Of a stretch of DNA of 64,000 bases, positions 1-12,700 are shown one piece after another. The notes beneath the pieces were generated by a model. That model was not told the origin of the DNA and did no database searches. It saw nothing but the letters and a program-made list of their open reading frames with translations. The stretch comes from Oopsacas minuta (Eukaryota; Animalia; Porifera). Made by a program: the position numbers and the translations under genes. Position 1 is the first letter of the stretch. Each line of letters opens with the position of its first letter. The DNA lies in contig JAKMXF010000066.1 in NCBI GenBank assembly GCA_024704765.1, positions 442,499 to 506,498 on the forward strand, read 5' to 3'.

Positions 1-1308
1 CAAGTATCTTGCTGATACATTCAGAATACCTGTAAGTAGTACAAGTATATGGTGTTAAATCTCGCCGCCAATCAGTACCGTAGACAAAGCAACAGATTTG
101 AAAGTATCTGGTGAATTCGGCAATATTCAATCATTAAATATTTCGTAAAATTCGCGTTTGGAATCTTATCTACTATTGTCTTATTCGAATATGTTAAACT
201 GTTCTTCTGAAAACTATTGGTACGAATTTAAATATTTTTAATCCTTTTTTGTAAAATGGGAGTTATCTTATCTCTGGTTATAGGTTATAGTTACTAACCA
301 GATAACACATGCATCTGTCCCATATCAAGATATATTACATGATCCCACATTGTCAGAAGGTCAGGAGAGTTTACAGGCTACTGCTGCTCTCGGATTGACT
401 TGGTCACATTCAGTTAACATTAGAATTATACTACAATATTGGCGAGAGGACGTTAAAACCGTTAGTTAGTATTTTATGTTTGCATGATCCAAGTTAAAAC
501 TAAACTTTGCTTCCTAAAATTACATACATACCATCTTTATGAAAGTTGCAAAATGTAAAGATTACATTGAATTTGATTATCCTTCTAACTATTGGTTTCT
601 TACTTGAGCTTTTGAATTTAGTTTACTATTGCAAAGTCGCCCTATACAGCCAATGTAACGTATCCTTATACAATTAAGAGAGAGGGGATTGTTATAGAGA
701 CAGACCTCCAAGGTATGACTGTCTATTATGTTTGTAATACGATATACTTGTTTGTCTTTTCAGTAGTATTGTGAGGCCTAGTTTAGAGCTTTTTTTTCAC
801 TGGAGGGAGTGTCTTTTGCTCTATACCTCCCATATTATGAATCAGTTAAAATCAGTGTAATTCAATATTATTTTTCCCCCAAAAACAGTCAAACAAATTT
901 GCAATCGTATTTGTTATTCAGTGATTAGCTAAGACACTATTAGCACTATGTTCACACCTATCATTTGTATTTGAACCAATCATAGCTTAAATGTACAGTT
1001 AATAACAATCCATGTTACTCACTTGAAAAGAGTAGCCTTTAGAGTAGCCATCACTTGTTTCATAGTAAAATTTATCAGAAAGATGAGTTACAAAGTAGTT
1101 GTGTAGATATTTCAGTAGCTATCAATGCGCTCACCAGATAATTACTCTTGCGATCATTCTATTGCTTTTCTATTAATAATTTCAAAATTTATCCTTTAAT
1201 TAATTTGAATACGAAATTCCACAAACATACAAATGCACCACTTACATGTATCAGGACAAATTGTAACACCTCGATGCCATGCACATTAACAGTTATATAA
1301 CAAAAATT

Positions 1309-1719
1309 TTACTTAATAGTTGCGTGGTGATAAGAACCGTATTCTGAAAATGGGATTTTAGTACAGTTTTTTCTCCGTTCAATACAGTATCCACATTTTG
1401 TACGATCATGCTTTGTACAAGTTGATGACGTCTTTGTAACTTGTACCTTTCTCTCTTCTCTTGTTCGTAATTCCTCAACATTCAACGGAGGGATTAGATT
1501 ATCACAAATCTTACATTTCTGCCCTCTGCCCAGCCAAATGTACGCTGAAGTCCAAGTGTTCAATTCACAGTGTTTATTTGGACATGTAAACCTACCGTAA
1601 AATCTAGCTGGTTTTAACGGTTTCTTGCTCCAGTTTAGTCTTAACAATTCTCCATCTTTCTTCTTCATCTGAACTGCAAAGATTTTTCTCTCCCTCTCCG
1701 AATCCAATTTAGCCATCAT
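1309..1719 (-). CDS. zf-3CxxC (ZAR1/RTP-type) zinc-finger protein, single ORF
   Basis: Translation contains FTCPNKHCELNTWTSAYIWL...QKCKICDNLIPP...CTKHDRTKCGYCIERRKNC. The Cys/His spacing matches the 3CxxC-type zinc finger of ZAR1/RTP proteins. The N-terminal region may lie in an upstream exon that I did not find. Confidence 0.55.
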   Translation of the reverse strand: MMAKLDSERERKIFAVQMKKKDGELLRLNWSKKPLKPARFYGRFTCPNKHCELNTWTSAYIWLGRGQKCKICDNLIPPLNVEELRTREERKVQVTKTSSTCTKHDRTKCGYCIERRKNCTKIPFSEYGSYHHATIK

Positions 1720-2943
1720 TGTGAATATCGACTAATAACTATAATTAACCTCTGTGTACTTTCAATTGACTATGTTTATATAGCATGCAAACTGCAAAGT
1801 GGCTTCCCTGATTATTACTGATACAAAGACTAATTTATACTGATGACCATGCGATGCACAGTACTATTTTAATATACAACATATAAGAATAATTTACAAG
1901 AATTTTTCTGGATAAACCACATGCTGCCACGTATTAAGACATAATATTATCAGTGAGCCAATCATATTGTGTTACATGGATGCAATATTAATTAAATATT
2001 ACTAGATTACGTATTTATTGGGAGATAATGGAGATGACGATGTCACCATGTGTGCTAAATAGTTAATGAACATTATTATTGAATGGAAAATACATTTATT
2101 CAATGGGAATCACTAAGAGATATTCTCTAGCTCACATTCCCTAAAGTTATGTGCTTTTTGAGTAAAATATTTTATTCACTAATTGACCTCATCAGCTGTT
2201 ATAGCGTATATCTAATAGATTAAAGGAACTATTCTCTGTTTTAATATCCAAAATACCTGCTAAGTACATATTACATTTTGTAGAATACCAAGCTGGCTTC
2301 TCAGTTCTTAATGCTACTTTCTGTGAGAGCTAGATTGTAAATTGTTTCTAGAAGGATTCATTGATATGCATAGAATATCAAATTGATCACTTCTTGCTCA
2401 AGTACCTATAATTTCATGTATGTGTGTGTTTGTGGGCTATGTAGTCTCCAGTTGATCGAGTAGAACAACCTGGAAGTAAACGAAAAGTGAGGTCTGTAGT
2501 AAGTAATTGATTAATTAAGAATTACGCAATTTACTCCGATTTTTGTGATTAATCGACAATCTGGGTCATGAACATTGCTAATCTCATAAAAATCATACTC
2601 TCTTTGCTTGATTGTTTTATGCGTATAATAATTAATTAAATAATTCTGAAAACCTAATATCCAAAAGCTGATCAATTCCCAAATCTTCATTATAGTGTCG
2701 CACGAAACGTGGCTAACACGTGACTGAATTACGTATCTTAACTCAATAAATCAAGCGCGGTTGTTAATCATATTTTTCCATACAAACAACTTTATAATCA
2801 AATTAGTTATCAAACTTACATCCCATAAACAATTTCTTCTCACAAAATTAACTTTAATTATACAAATACGTATTATAGCAAAAAATACTATTATTTCAAG
2901 AGCAAATGACTTATGAATTTTGTGGTTACTGCAAGTGATCCTT

Positions 2944-3921
2944 CTATGCCAGGTGCTTAATTACAACTGTGTGCTCATCAATTTTCGTTGTTCCTTCTAC
3001 GTCAATTTCTTTGATCTTTCCAGTGCTGTTACTTTTGAATCTTGTTAACAATGTTGTTTTGAAATTCGACCACTTCAAGTCTCTCAGAGTGTCTTTGTTC
3101 ACTACGAATAGCATTGTGAATCCTAATCCCAATAGAGGCGTGGAAATTGCATGTAATAGATAGAGGGGGAATAATGGATGATTCGGCACTATAACATTCT
3201 GTATTCTGTTAGCTATTGGGAAGATGTTGATAACTAAGAAGAATATTGGATAGAGAAATAGGGATTTAATCTCATTTCTGATCTTATCTTTTTTCTTATC
3301 ATTTTGTGAGTTGTACAGAGTCCATCTTTTCACTTTGAAAAGCAATTTTACAATTATTATTAAGAATATAATGAAAATGCCTCCTATTATGATCCATAAA
3401 GGAACGTACCAAATTCCAAAGCGTAGGATCTTTCCTGCATACGTCTTATTGGTGATCCAACACCATATACCAGCTGGGCCGTATGATGAGTTTATGAATG
3501 GAAATACAGAGAAACCTATTGGAATCACTACACCGAAAATTACATATCCAATCTCCAGGTATCTATTTGATCGTCTCCCCACTACGACGTTCCAGAAGAG
3601 ATTTACAGTTATGCTACAAACCCATACAACTAGATTCCACCGCAATAACATACGAAAGAATCCTTCTGCAGTACAAGCAGCTGATTCACTCAAATCCAGT
3701 CCCCCTAATGCCAAGGTAATCGCGTCTAACAATGTGGAAATGACTAAATATAGTATCAATCGTTGTGACACGAATTTGTATCTCTGTATAAGGAAAATTA
3801 ATACTAGTACGATAATAGCACACACAGCAGATAACACTGAAATACTCCTTACTGTAACTTCCACGATTGTACAGTATTCTGTATAGTTTTGGAATAGACA
3901 GTTGTTTGTAATGTTCACCAT
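2944..3921 (-). CDS. Seven-transmembrane receptor-like protein (GPCR-like), intronless ORF of 325 aa
   Basis: Seven hydrophobic 20-23-residue segments. The N-terminus carries N-glycosylation sequons (NIT, NYT). There is a charged third loop (KVKRWTLYNSQNDKKKDKIRNEIK) and a C-terminal tail. The GPCR subfamily cannot be assigned from sequence alone. Confidence 0.55.
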   Translation of the reverse strand: MVNITNNCLFQNYTEYCTIVEVTVRSISVLSAVCAIIVLVLIFLIQRYKFVSQRLILYLVISTLLDAITLALGGLDLSESAACTAEGFFRMLLRWNLVVWVCSITVNLFWNVVVGRRSNRYLEIGYVIFGVVIPIGFSVFPFINSSYGPAGIWCWITNKTYAGKILRFGIWYVPLWIIIGGIFIIFLIIIVKLLFKVKRWTLYNSQNDKKKDKIRNEIKSLFLYPIFFLVINIFPIANRIQNVIVPNHPLFPLYLLHAISTPLLGLGFTMLFVVNKDTLRDLKWSNFKTTLLTRFKSNSTGKIKEIDVEGTTKIDEHTVVIKHLA

Positions 3922-4507
3922 TTTAATTTAGCATAAGAATTCCTTCTCTAGATTGTTTATATACTTGTGTTCAATTTACAGTGAAAGGTTTCCTACACAA
4001 GTGAATATAATTTTTTTTTCGTAGAATATTAGATATTACACAACACAAAATGTATTAAATTATTAATCTCCCTGTTTATTACACTTGTTACTGGCTAATC
4101 TCATGATTTGGGATATACTATTATGAAGCAAAATGTGATGTAATCTTTTTAAATGATTGCTCAATTTGTCTGCCCTTTGTGCAACTCGTGTTTGCTACGC
4201 TTAATATTTACATTCAGTTAGCCATTGTAGTAAATTTACTCATTAGCGCAGATGGTCAAGGTTCTTTTTTGAATAATTACACTTTTTAATAAAGGTTTGG
4301 CGACCTATCCCGACTCGAAAACAATTGTATATGCTCAGAAGTTGTGAGTATATTTTATTAAATATCTTGCACCCAAGCTTTATTGGGTACAAGACATTTA
4401 ACCTGAGCTATGTCATTGATTTGCCCTTCAGAAAAATACAGTCTATCACTAAAATTCGATACTAACTAAAACTACAAGTGTTGCTAAAAATAAACTACGT
4501 ATCTTGT

Positions 4508-4957
4508 TCAAAACTCCTTCTTGAACTCGCTCAGATACCCTTTCAATATCTCCTCCGCTCTTGACAATTCATAGTCCACAACTTTGAATCTCTCTCCATT
4601 ATCTGCCCCTCTAATCATAGAGGAAAGTCTTTTACCAGATTCTGGTCTGAACAGACACAACACTCTCTTCCCCATAGCTACGCATCTCCCAATTTCATAG
4701 CCAACTCCCAACGAAGGTTGGGTCACTTCTGCTATAAATACATCTGTCTTCACGAGCCAATCGATATCTCTGTCGTGTATGCCTTTGTTAGTCAGTCCTT
4801 TCTCCAGTTCTTCAACATTTGCTGATCCTACATGTTCTGTCAATACTGTACCGTATCCTTTTAAGATTTCTACTAACTTAGCGTATACATCAGCATCTTG
4901 TCTGCCTGCAGCAATACTGCCTGCAAAGTATATATTCAGGCCTGATCCAGTTGCCAT
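4508..4957 (-). CDS. DNPH1: 2'-deoxynucleoside 5'-phosphate N-hydrolase 1 (DNPH1/RCL), intronless
   Basis: IYFAGSI..GR.D...Y..LV..L...GTVLTEHV ... DVFIAEVTQPSLGVGYEIGRCVAMGKRVLCLFRP.SGKRLSSMIRGADNGERFKVVDYE aligns nearly motif-for-motif with human DNPH1 (nucleoside 2-deoxyribosyltransferase fold). Confidence 0.9.
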   Translation of the reverse strand: MATGSGLNIYFAGSIAAGRQDADVYAKLVEILKGYGTVLTEHVGSANVEELEKGLTNKGIHDRDIDWLVKTDVFIAEVTQPSLGVGYEIGRCVAMGKRVLCLFRPESGKRLSSMIRGADNGERFKVVDYELSRAEEILKGYLSEFKKEF

Positions 4958-5081
4958 TATAAATTAGCTAATGATACAGTAAAACCTTAGGAAGTGTTTG
5001 ATGCTTCAAACTTCATTATACATATACGTATTTGATTTCTACATAATTGCATTATTTTGTTGTTGATATTATTAGCTGAGA
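4958..5081. promoter_or_regulatory. Putative bidirectional promoter between divergent DNPH1 (-) and the Sel1-repeat gene (+)
   Basis: 124 bp of AT-rich sequence separates the two start codons, which face in opposite directions. The only basis is this head-to-head geometry. Confidence 0.35.
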
Positions 5082-6242
5082 ATGTTACGTCAAATATTAA
5101 AGTTAAATCGGATCACAAGTCTCTCACTCAGAGCTATTTCAAGGGAGTACAATTCTACAAACAAACCTATTGGAAATATGATTTTACGGAAATCTGTATA
5201 CTCTTCTCACATACAACTTATCTACAGACGGTTTAGCACTGAGCCATTACCAGAACTTGATTTCGGGGAGTTTATCCCGCTATTCAACCGAAATATGATT
5301 GATTTTTATATTCGAGAACGATTCGCGGTTATTTTCAATGTATTAAAAGATGGAACTCAGTTTAAATTAACCAAGGAAGATGTAGGTGACTTAAATGCGT
5401 CGTATCTACGTCATTTTTGTCAAATTATGGTCGATGCGAACGATGCAAACCCCTCAATTCCTACTCACCGTTTAATACTCCCAATACTAAGATATTTCGT
5501 GGATTATCCGTATGTGCCTGGCCAATGGATGCTATACAATCTTGCACTAGCTCTCAATAGGTATGCAAGTACTGATGAAGAAAGGGAAGAATTAATGGCT
5601 ATTATTAAAGAATTTGATGCGATTCATTTCATGCAAGGCCGCCATATACTGGCTAAAGTGTACTACGAGGGTAGGCATGTGAAACAGAATTTCGTTGCAG
5701 CTCTTGCCTTACTAGAAATAAATGTTAGAACCGCTTATATGCCCAGTCTAATTCTGCTAGCTATAATGCTTAGAGATGGAAATGGAGTAACTCAAGACTA
5801 TTCGAGAGCAGCTGAGATATTTCTCTCTGCTGGGTTAAAGGAAGATCCCGATGGGTTTATTTTACTAGCAGAACTATACCAGAAAGGTTTGGGAGTGGAA
5901 AAATCTGACATAAGAGCTCTTCAATATATGAAAGATGCTGCTAAATTGAAATCTAAAGTCGGGATACATAACGTTGGGTGTGCTTACTTTATCGGTAGAG
6001 GCTGTGAGCAGAGTTATATAAAAGCTTTCAATCAATTTAGAAAAGCTGCTGAACTTGGAAATCCTCTCTCTCAAATAAATTTGGGAAATATGTATTATAA
6101 TGGATTAGGAGTTGCTAAGAATTTGAAAGAAGCACGTAAGTGGTATGTCCAAGCATCTTCGATGAAACGTGAAGCTCTAGATCTTGTTAAAATTGTGGAT
6201 GAGAAAATTGTTGAATCAATGGAGAAAACAAATAAAGAATAA
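5082..6242 (+). CDS. Sel1-like repeat (SLR/TPR-like) protein with predicted mitochondrial presequence, intronless 386 aa
   Basis: The N-terminus MLRQILKLNRITSLSLRAISREY is basic and amphipathic with no acidic residues. Several Sel1 repeats are present, e.g. AAELGNPLSQINLGNMYYNGLGVAKNLKEARKWY and LAELYQKGLGVEKSDIRALQYMKDAA. Confidence 0.7.
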   Translation: MLRQILKLNRITSLSLRAISREYNSTNKPIGNMILRKSVYSSHIQLIYRRFSTEPLPELDFGEFIPLFNRNMIDFYIRERFAVIFNVLKDGTQFKLTKEDVGDLNASYLRHFCQIMVDANDANPSIPTHRLILPILRYFVDYPYVPGQWMLYNLALALNRYASTDEEREELMAIIKEFDAIHFMQGRHILAKVYYEGRHVKQNFVAALALLEINVRTAYMPSLILLAIMLRDGNGVTQDYSRAAEIFLSAGLKEDPDGFILLAELYQKGLGVEKSDIRALQYMKDAAKLKSKVGIHNVGCAYFIGRGCEQSYIKAFNQFRKAAELGNPLSQINLGNMYYNGLGVAKNLKEARKWYVQASSMKREALDLVKIVDEKIVESMEKTNKE

Positions 6243-6796
6243 TCTAGTAATGTATTTTAAGCTAAAAATGTGTATGACGTAATAGTTAATAATATACGCA
6301 TTTACTGGTTTATTATCACAATGGGTATGTAGAAATTCATCACACACAGTGCAACTATAGTGACCTATTTCCAATTTGTTCCCTTCATCCATCGTATCAT
6401 TTGTATGTACAATGTAGTTCACTTATTAGCAAGTCTTTTGCACGAATTTCCTTGTTATTAGGCGAACGCCACTGTAGTCTTATATATTTTGTTATTATCT
6501 AGATTTGTTAGATATGGAGGAATCCTTTCCAAACAAGGGAATATCCGTTAGGAGTAAATAATCCTGAATTATTAAATGTTCTACCAGTGATATTAGATGT
6601 TGTTATTCACATAGTTTATTGTATTCAATAAATACACAATTGATATTATGCAAAGTTGTGATATGCATATTTTGGGATCATCAAAATTACCTCTATAAAT
6701 TTAAGTAGAAAGTGTATTTACTGATCGAACAGCTCTCCGAGTGTAGGTATAACAATTTATATATTTTAATAAGAGAGACAGGGAATACTAATTCCT

Positions 6797-9700
6797 GATT
6801 CTGATGGCTAAGCTCGTATTAGAGGATGGAGCTGAATATATAGGCGTATCTTTTGGACACAATTCCGCTGCTACAGGGGAAATAGGTAATTAAATACAAC
6901 GTATTTACTTATAGAGTTTATGAGCAATTTTTGTATAGTTTTTCAAACTGGGATGGTTGGCTATGTGGAATCTCTGACTGATCCTTCTTATTACGGACAA
7001 ATTCTTGTGCTAACATATCCACTGATTGGGAATTATGGAGTACAGGCTAAACTCTACACAAAGTGAGTATTCAGTTCACATGTTCTGTACTTTTAATTAT
7101 TGTGATTAAAATTTAGGGACAAACTCATCAAAACTCCCTTCCAATCAGATAAGATTCAGGTTAGAGCTGTTATAGTGGGTGACTACATTGATGATATGTC
7201 TCATTGGACAGCTGAGAGGACACTATCTCAGTGGCTTAAGGAGGAGGGAGTACCAGCTATCACAGGTAAGATGTTATCTCACGATTATAAAGCGTGGGTG
7301 AATAACTGTCTATTTTTCGTTTCGTTCTGTCCTTATCGTTTGTAATCCCAACAAGGAGTTGATACTAGAGCTCTAACAAAAAGACTCAGAGAGAATGGGA
7401 CTATGTTAGGACAGGTATTAACTATCGTTTGTATGCACAGTCAACTCCCCTTATATCGAAGCTGAGACCGAAATAATTACTACGGCAATATAAGCGAGTT
7501 TCGATGTAATAAAATATCTGTTTCTTTGGTTTGGAACAACATCGTACAATTTCAGACTTCGATATAAGCGGGTATCAGAACATTTTGAAATTTTATTTCC
7601 TCGAATTTGCACTCACATTTTATTAGATCGTACAATCAAAAGGAGAATTAATTGAAACTATTCCAGACCCCAACAAGGAGAATTTGATAGCAACAGTATC
7701 CTGTAAGGTAACCAATCAAATCACATACATTATATGCTTATTTATTTATTAATAGTAAGCAGAATTTATTTTATTTTATTGAATCCAAAAATGTTTGAAA
7801 TTGATTCTGTTGATGAGGATAATCCTAAAGTACAGGGTAAGCTACAGGACATTACGGAGAGAATGTCTCTCCTGCTCACTAGCTATGAAGGTCCTTCCGA
7901 TAAGCTAAGTCAGCGACTAGCTCTCAAGAGAGAGAAAAAGAATAATCAAGTGAAAGCTGAGATATTTGACATTTTAACGGATTTTGATCAGATTGTGGAT
8001 GAAAGAGACGATTTGCTTTCTTCTATTGAGAGTTGGTTTGATGGTTCTTCTAGGCTAATGCAGGGAGTTAATACAGATGGAAATGCTGAAGAGGCCTGGA
8101 AGATGATTGAGAATGAAATGAAGAAATTGTTTGGTGTTCTTCAAGCATATAAGAATTCTAGTAAAGATGTATCAGCACTGGAGCGTAGACTTTTAGAAGT
8201 TGTATTTAAAGATACTGCTGATATTGGAGAATTGGAGAAAGTTCGTAATAAAATATCTTTTAACAGTTTTAGGAAGAAAACGAAATCTAAATTGAATTCA
8301 CGAGTTAAGAAAAATACACGTTTGGAATCAGTCGAGGAAATTAAATCAGAATTAAGTATCACATCTTTGTCAAAAGCTAAAAAGGATTCCTCTAATTTAC
8401 CAGCCAAGTTGTGTCCAGTAGAAATACAAACAAACCTTCTAAATGATTCACAAAAAACTAACGGAAATGTAGTAATGAAATGTGTCAATAAAGAACAGGT
8501 CAAACCTCATAAAAATAAGAACAGAATTAATGTAGCTATACAAACAGATGATTTTGAATGTGAACCTAACTTTTCGAATGAGAAAATCATTGCAGAATGT
8601 TTGCCTGACTCAATTGATGCTATTCAATCTATTTCTTGTTTGCAGGATAGTTTGGTAGAAATTATAGATCAGTCAGATACAAGCATCAATACAAATAATA
8701 TGAATTTTTCCATCACTGATGCATTAAAGAATGAATTGGAATTTCTCTCTTACAAGCCAAAACGTAACCACTTAACAATCAGAAAAAATACTACATCTAC
8801 ACCAACTAAACAAGCAAATATATCTACACCAACAAAACAAGCAAATACATCAGCCAATTCTCCTTTTATACATTTGAAGAATTCTCCTGTTCTATCCCCG
8901 ATAACTTCCAAACCTATTCTATCTAACAAACGTGACACGAACAACTTTTCTCCCAAATTTCCTAACCTAAGTTTCATTCAGAAAGAACAATTAAAACACG
9001 ATAACATTGAGCTGTATCTATCAAAATCTAACAGAAGGAGTCCTGTAATGGATCATAGACTATTTACTCCAATTTCTGAGTATCCCTCGAAGAAGAACAG
9101 TAGTACTATAAGGACTCTAGGTAGTGTCAGAATGGATCGAGCTATGCCTACTCATATATTCAAACAAGATGACCAAGTTAAGAAATGGGGAAGCAGTCTT
9201 GTTGATTTTATGAAGGACATGTGTATCTAGTGACTTTATTGCAAACTTTTTCACCAAATATTTGTTATTAGAAATCTTACGATTTAATATGTGAATCTAC
9301 TATACAGGAAACATATCAGTACCCTATTTATTTGTATTTCAGTCAGGTTATACATGAATTTAATTGCTATTTATTCTAATTCTCCAGTCTACACATCTCT
9401 ACAATGCAACAGGATCTCCTCGTATAGTGCTAGTAGATTGTGGAGTTAAATCTAACATAATTCACTGCTTGACAGAGAGAGGAGCTCAAGTTTTGAGGGT
9501 ACCTTGGAATTATGATTGGACGCAAGAAAAAGTGTGTTGGGTATTATACTAATGTCCCTATGAAGTTTCATTATTGCTACAACTTATTTAGTTTGAGGGA
9601 GTAGTGATCAGTAACGGACCTGGTGATCCTGCTCTCTGCAAAGAATGCGTACATATAACTGAGAAATATATTAAATCTGATGGAAGCAAACCTCTATTTG

Positions 9701-12700
9701 GTATTTGCATGGGTAATCAGATTCTTGCTTTAGCAATTGGTGCAAAAACATATAAACTCAAGTAAGAACTTTTTTGCATTTCAACTTTTAAATTCAGATA
9801 TTTCTATATTGAGATAATGCATATTGTCATTCGAATTTATATGTTATATTTCCCGTAAGATATGGAAACAGAGGATTCAACCAACCTTGCAGAATCGACT
9901 CTGTTCATTCTATCCTAACTACACAGAACCATGGATATGCTGTTGACACTAGTACACTCCCTGATGACTGGTTTTCTCTATTCCAGAATGCAAATGATTT
10001 AACTAATGAAGGCATAGCTCATAAAACAAGACCGTTTTTCAGTGTACAGTTTCATCCAGAGGGCTGTGGAGGTCCCAGAGATGCAGAGGGACTATTTGAC
10101 CTGTTTCTTGATTCAGTTAAGAAGTGTAATAAGGGAGGAAGTATTGATATACAGGAAAGAGTTATAGCTAAGTTTGCTCCAGTACAAGTTGCAGAGAGTA
10201 AGGACAATGACATTAAGAAGGTGCTGATATTAGGCAGTGGAGGATTGTCTATTGGACAAGCTGGAGAGTTTGACTATTCTGGATCTCAGGTAATTGTTTA
10301 ATATTGTCTTTTATAAGATTATCCGATGTCCTACAGCCAATAAAACTGCTATTTGACTGTGCTATACCTAGGCTCTCAAAGCTTTCAAAGAAGAAGGTAT
10401 TCATACTATCCTAGTAAATCCTAATATTGCTACAGTTCAGACGTCAAAAGGAATGGCGGATAAGATATACTCTATTCCCATTACTCCTGATTATGTATCA
10501 CAGGTTAACATTCACGTATAACTAAAACAGTACATCTAGTATTTATATGTATTGTATTTAGGTAATTGAATGTGAGAGGCCTGATGGGATAGTTCTATCA
10601 TTTGGTGGTCAGACTGCCCTCAATTGTGGAGTAGCTCTAAATGAACAAGGAATATACGATAAGTATAATATACAGGTTAGTCCAGACAGCAACTTTGAAA
10701 TCATTTGACTTAATTTTACTGTGCTTGGTTATAGGTTTTAGGTACTTCTATCGATGCTATAAAATGCACAGAAGATAGACAAAAGTTTGCTGAGAAATTG
10801 AATTGTATTGGAGAGAATGTTGCATTTGGGAAAGCAGCTAGTTCAGTTGATGAGGTAACTTCCTAGTACAATTATTTAATAGCATATATTAAATTGAATA
10901 ATAGATGTATAACAATTTCCATTACAAATTTATTCGAATGTTTCGTCGATACTAAGCTTATCTTTAGGCTATCAAGTTCGTTAATGAGATTGGATACCCT
11001 GTGTTAGTTCGAGCAGACTTTTCTCTCGGCGGTTACAGATCAGGTTTTGCTTCTAACGAGTTAGAACTGACTACTATAGTAACTGCAGCACTGGTACATT
11101 CACAGCAAGTGTTTGTTGATAAATCTCTTAAAGGCTGGAAAGAGATTGAGTATGAGGTTATGAGAGATGTGTATGGTAATGCAGTAACGGTAAGATTACT
11201 GAAGGGGTATATACACTTAGTATGCAAATTGAGGAAGTTCGATATTTGTAGATTTTTCAATTTTTTGCAGTTTCAAAAGCATGAATTTATTGGTAAAAAC
11301 TCAAAATCTTCCTAGGTACAGTCAAACCTCTACAAATGGGTGGAAACGGAATTCTGAAAACGGTATGAAAATTAAATCGGGCGAATTCCTAAATCAACCG
11401 CGCCACTAACGGGGAAACGGTGTAGCATTTTTCGGCTTCCCTGGCTCTCCGTTCATGGAGGTTACACTGTATTTGTATTATGTGTAGATCTGCAACATGG
11501 AGAATCTGGATCCAGTAGGAATTCACACTGGGGAGAGTATAGTTGTAGCTCCCAGCCAGACTCTGACTGATCAGGAGTACCAACAGCTCCGGAGTGTTTC
11601 TCTCAAAATAGCTCACTATTTGGGGATTGTAGGGGAGTGTAATGTGCAATTTGCTCTAAACCCTATTAAGAATGAGGTACAGTATTTATAATAAGAATTA
11701 CAATACGTCCCAAAAGTAGGAGAACGATTTGATTCAATTTATAGATATGAAATTCTCGGTTTACTTATTTGCCAACCGAGCTCCCTGGATTATCCCGGAT
11801 TTACAAGAAACCCAAGAAACTATTCGCGAACTAATAGCCCGAAATGTTATTTATTTATTGGAATTGGAAATCCAGGCAATTTGCCGAAAATCTCGCGAAA
11901 TATAGTGTTAGAAATTTTATGTGTTGTATTACTTGTATAGAAATAATTATATTTTTATTGTGTATAATATTTAGTATTGCATCATAGAAGTTAACGCTAG
12001 ACTATCTCGTAGCTCAGCTTTAGCTTCAAAAGCTACTGGATACTCAATAGCATACGTAGCAGCTAAACTAGCTCTCAATATGTCTCTGCTACGATTGGAG
12101 AATAACGTTACTGGTACTAATACTGCTTGCTTTGAACCTAGTCTTGATTACGTCACTGTTAAACTACCTCGATGGGACTTTGGAAAATTCGCTGGAGTCA
12201 ACAATAGGGTATGTGTGTATTTCTATATCTAGAAATTGTGAGTTTTGTATAAATGTTGATAGATTGGTAGCTCTATGAAGAGTGTTGGAGAAGTTATGGC
12301 AATTGGGAGGAAGTTCGAAGAAGCTTTACAGAAAGCTCTGAGAATGATTGATGAAAAAGTTACTGGTCTTGATGCTAATGCTTATAAATTTAACCCAGAC
12401 GTAAGTATCAGTTATTTTCGCATTTATACAATGTAATTTCCACAAACAAGGAAACGAGGTATCATTTTCCAGCGATGATATACATTTAAGCGACCGCTAC
12501 GTATACTGGTGATTATGTTTCTGTAAAGTTATTGTTTACTGTTACATTGTTAGGATTTAAGCAATCCCTCAGATAAGAGAGTGTTTAGCATTGCAGCTGC
12601 AATGAAAGAAGGATACACTATAAAGAAACTATCTAATCTTACACAGATAGATCCCTGGTTTTTAAACAGGATGAAAAGAATTGTTGATTTCTCTTCTCAG

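Noticed and set aside
3311-3886. 191-aa + strand ORF (and the 73-aa ORF at 3498-3719) overlapping the 7TM receptor gene
   Set aside because: Antisense shadow ORFs of the minus-strand 7TM coding region. No domain features, and the Lys/Ile/Asn-rich composition is typical of the reverse frame of AT-rich coding DNA.
4235-4265. Possible tRNA-like segment (GCGCAGATGGTCAAGGTTC) and other short GC-richer islands
   Set aside because: I could not fold a complete cloverleaf with a proper acceptor stem, anticodon loop or T-loop (GTTCRANYC) from the surrounding sequence. I am not calling any tRNA without a covariance-model search (tRNAscan-SE would settle it).
7734-7790. Upstream ATG at 7734 as the start of the intronic ORF
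   Set aside because: The first 19 codons ([19 protein letters not shown]) are AT-rich and look non-coding. The ATG at 7791 in a CAAAAATG context is the likelier start if the ORF is expressed at all.
8141-8977. Minus-strand ORFs 8141-8503 and 8750-8977 inside the CAD-intron ORF
   Set aside because: Antisense frames of the longer + strand ORF. Short and without motifs.
11001-11315. Assorted 60-150-aa ORFs across 9364-19557 (e.g. 11001-11315, 12933-13343, 15293-15742, 15982-16416, 18756-19151)
   Set aside because: These are CAD exons read through into adjacent introns by the six-frame track, not separate genes. The conserved CAD motifs fall inside them and the frames change at GT/AG boundaries.
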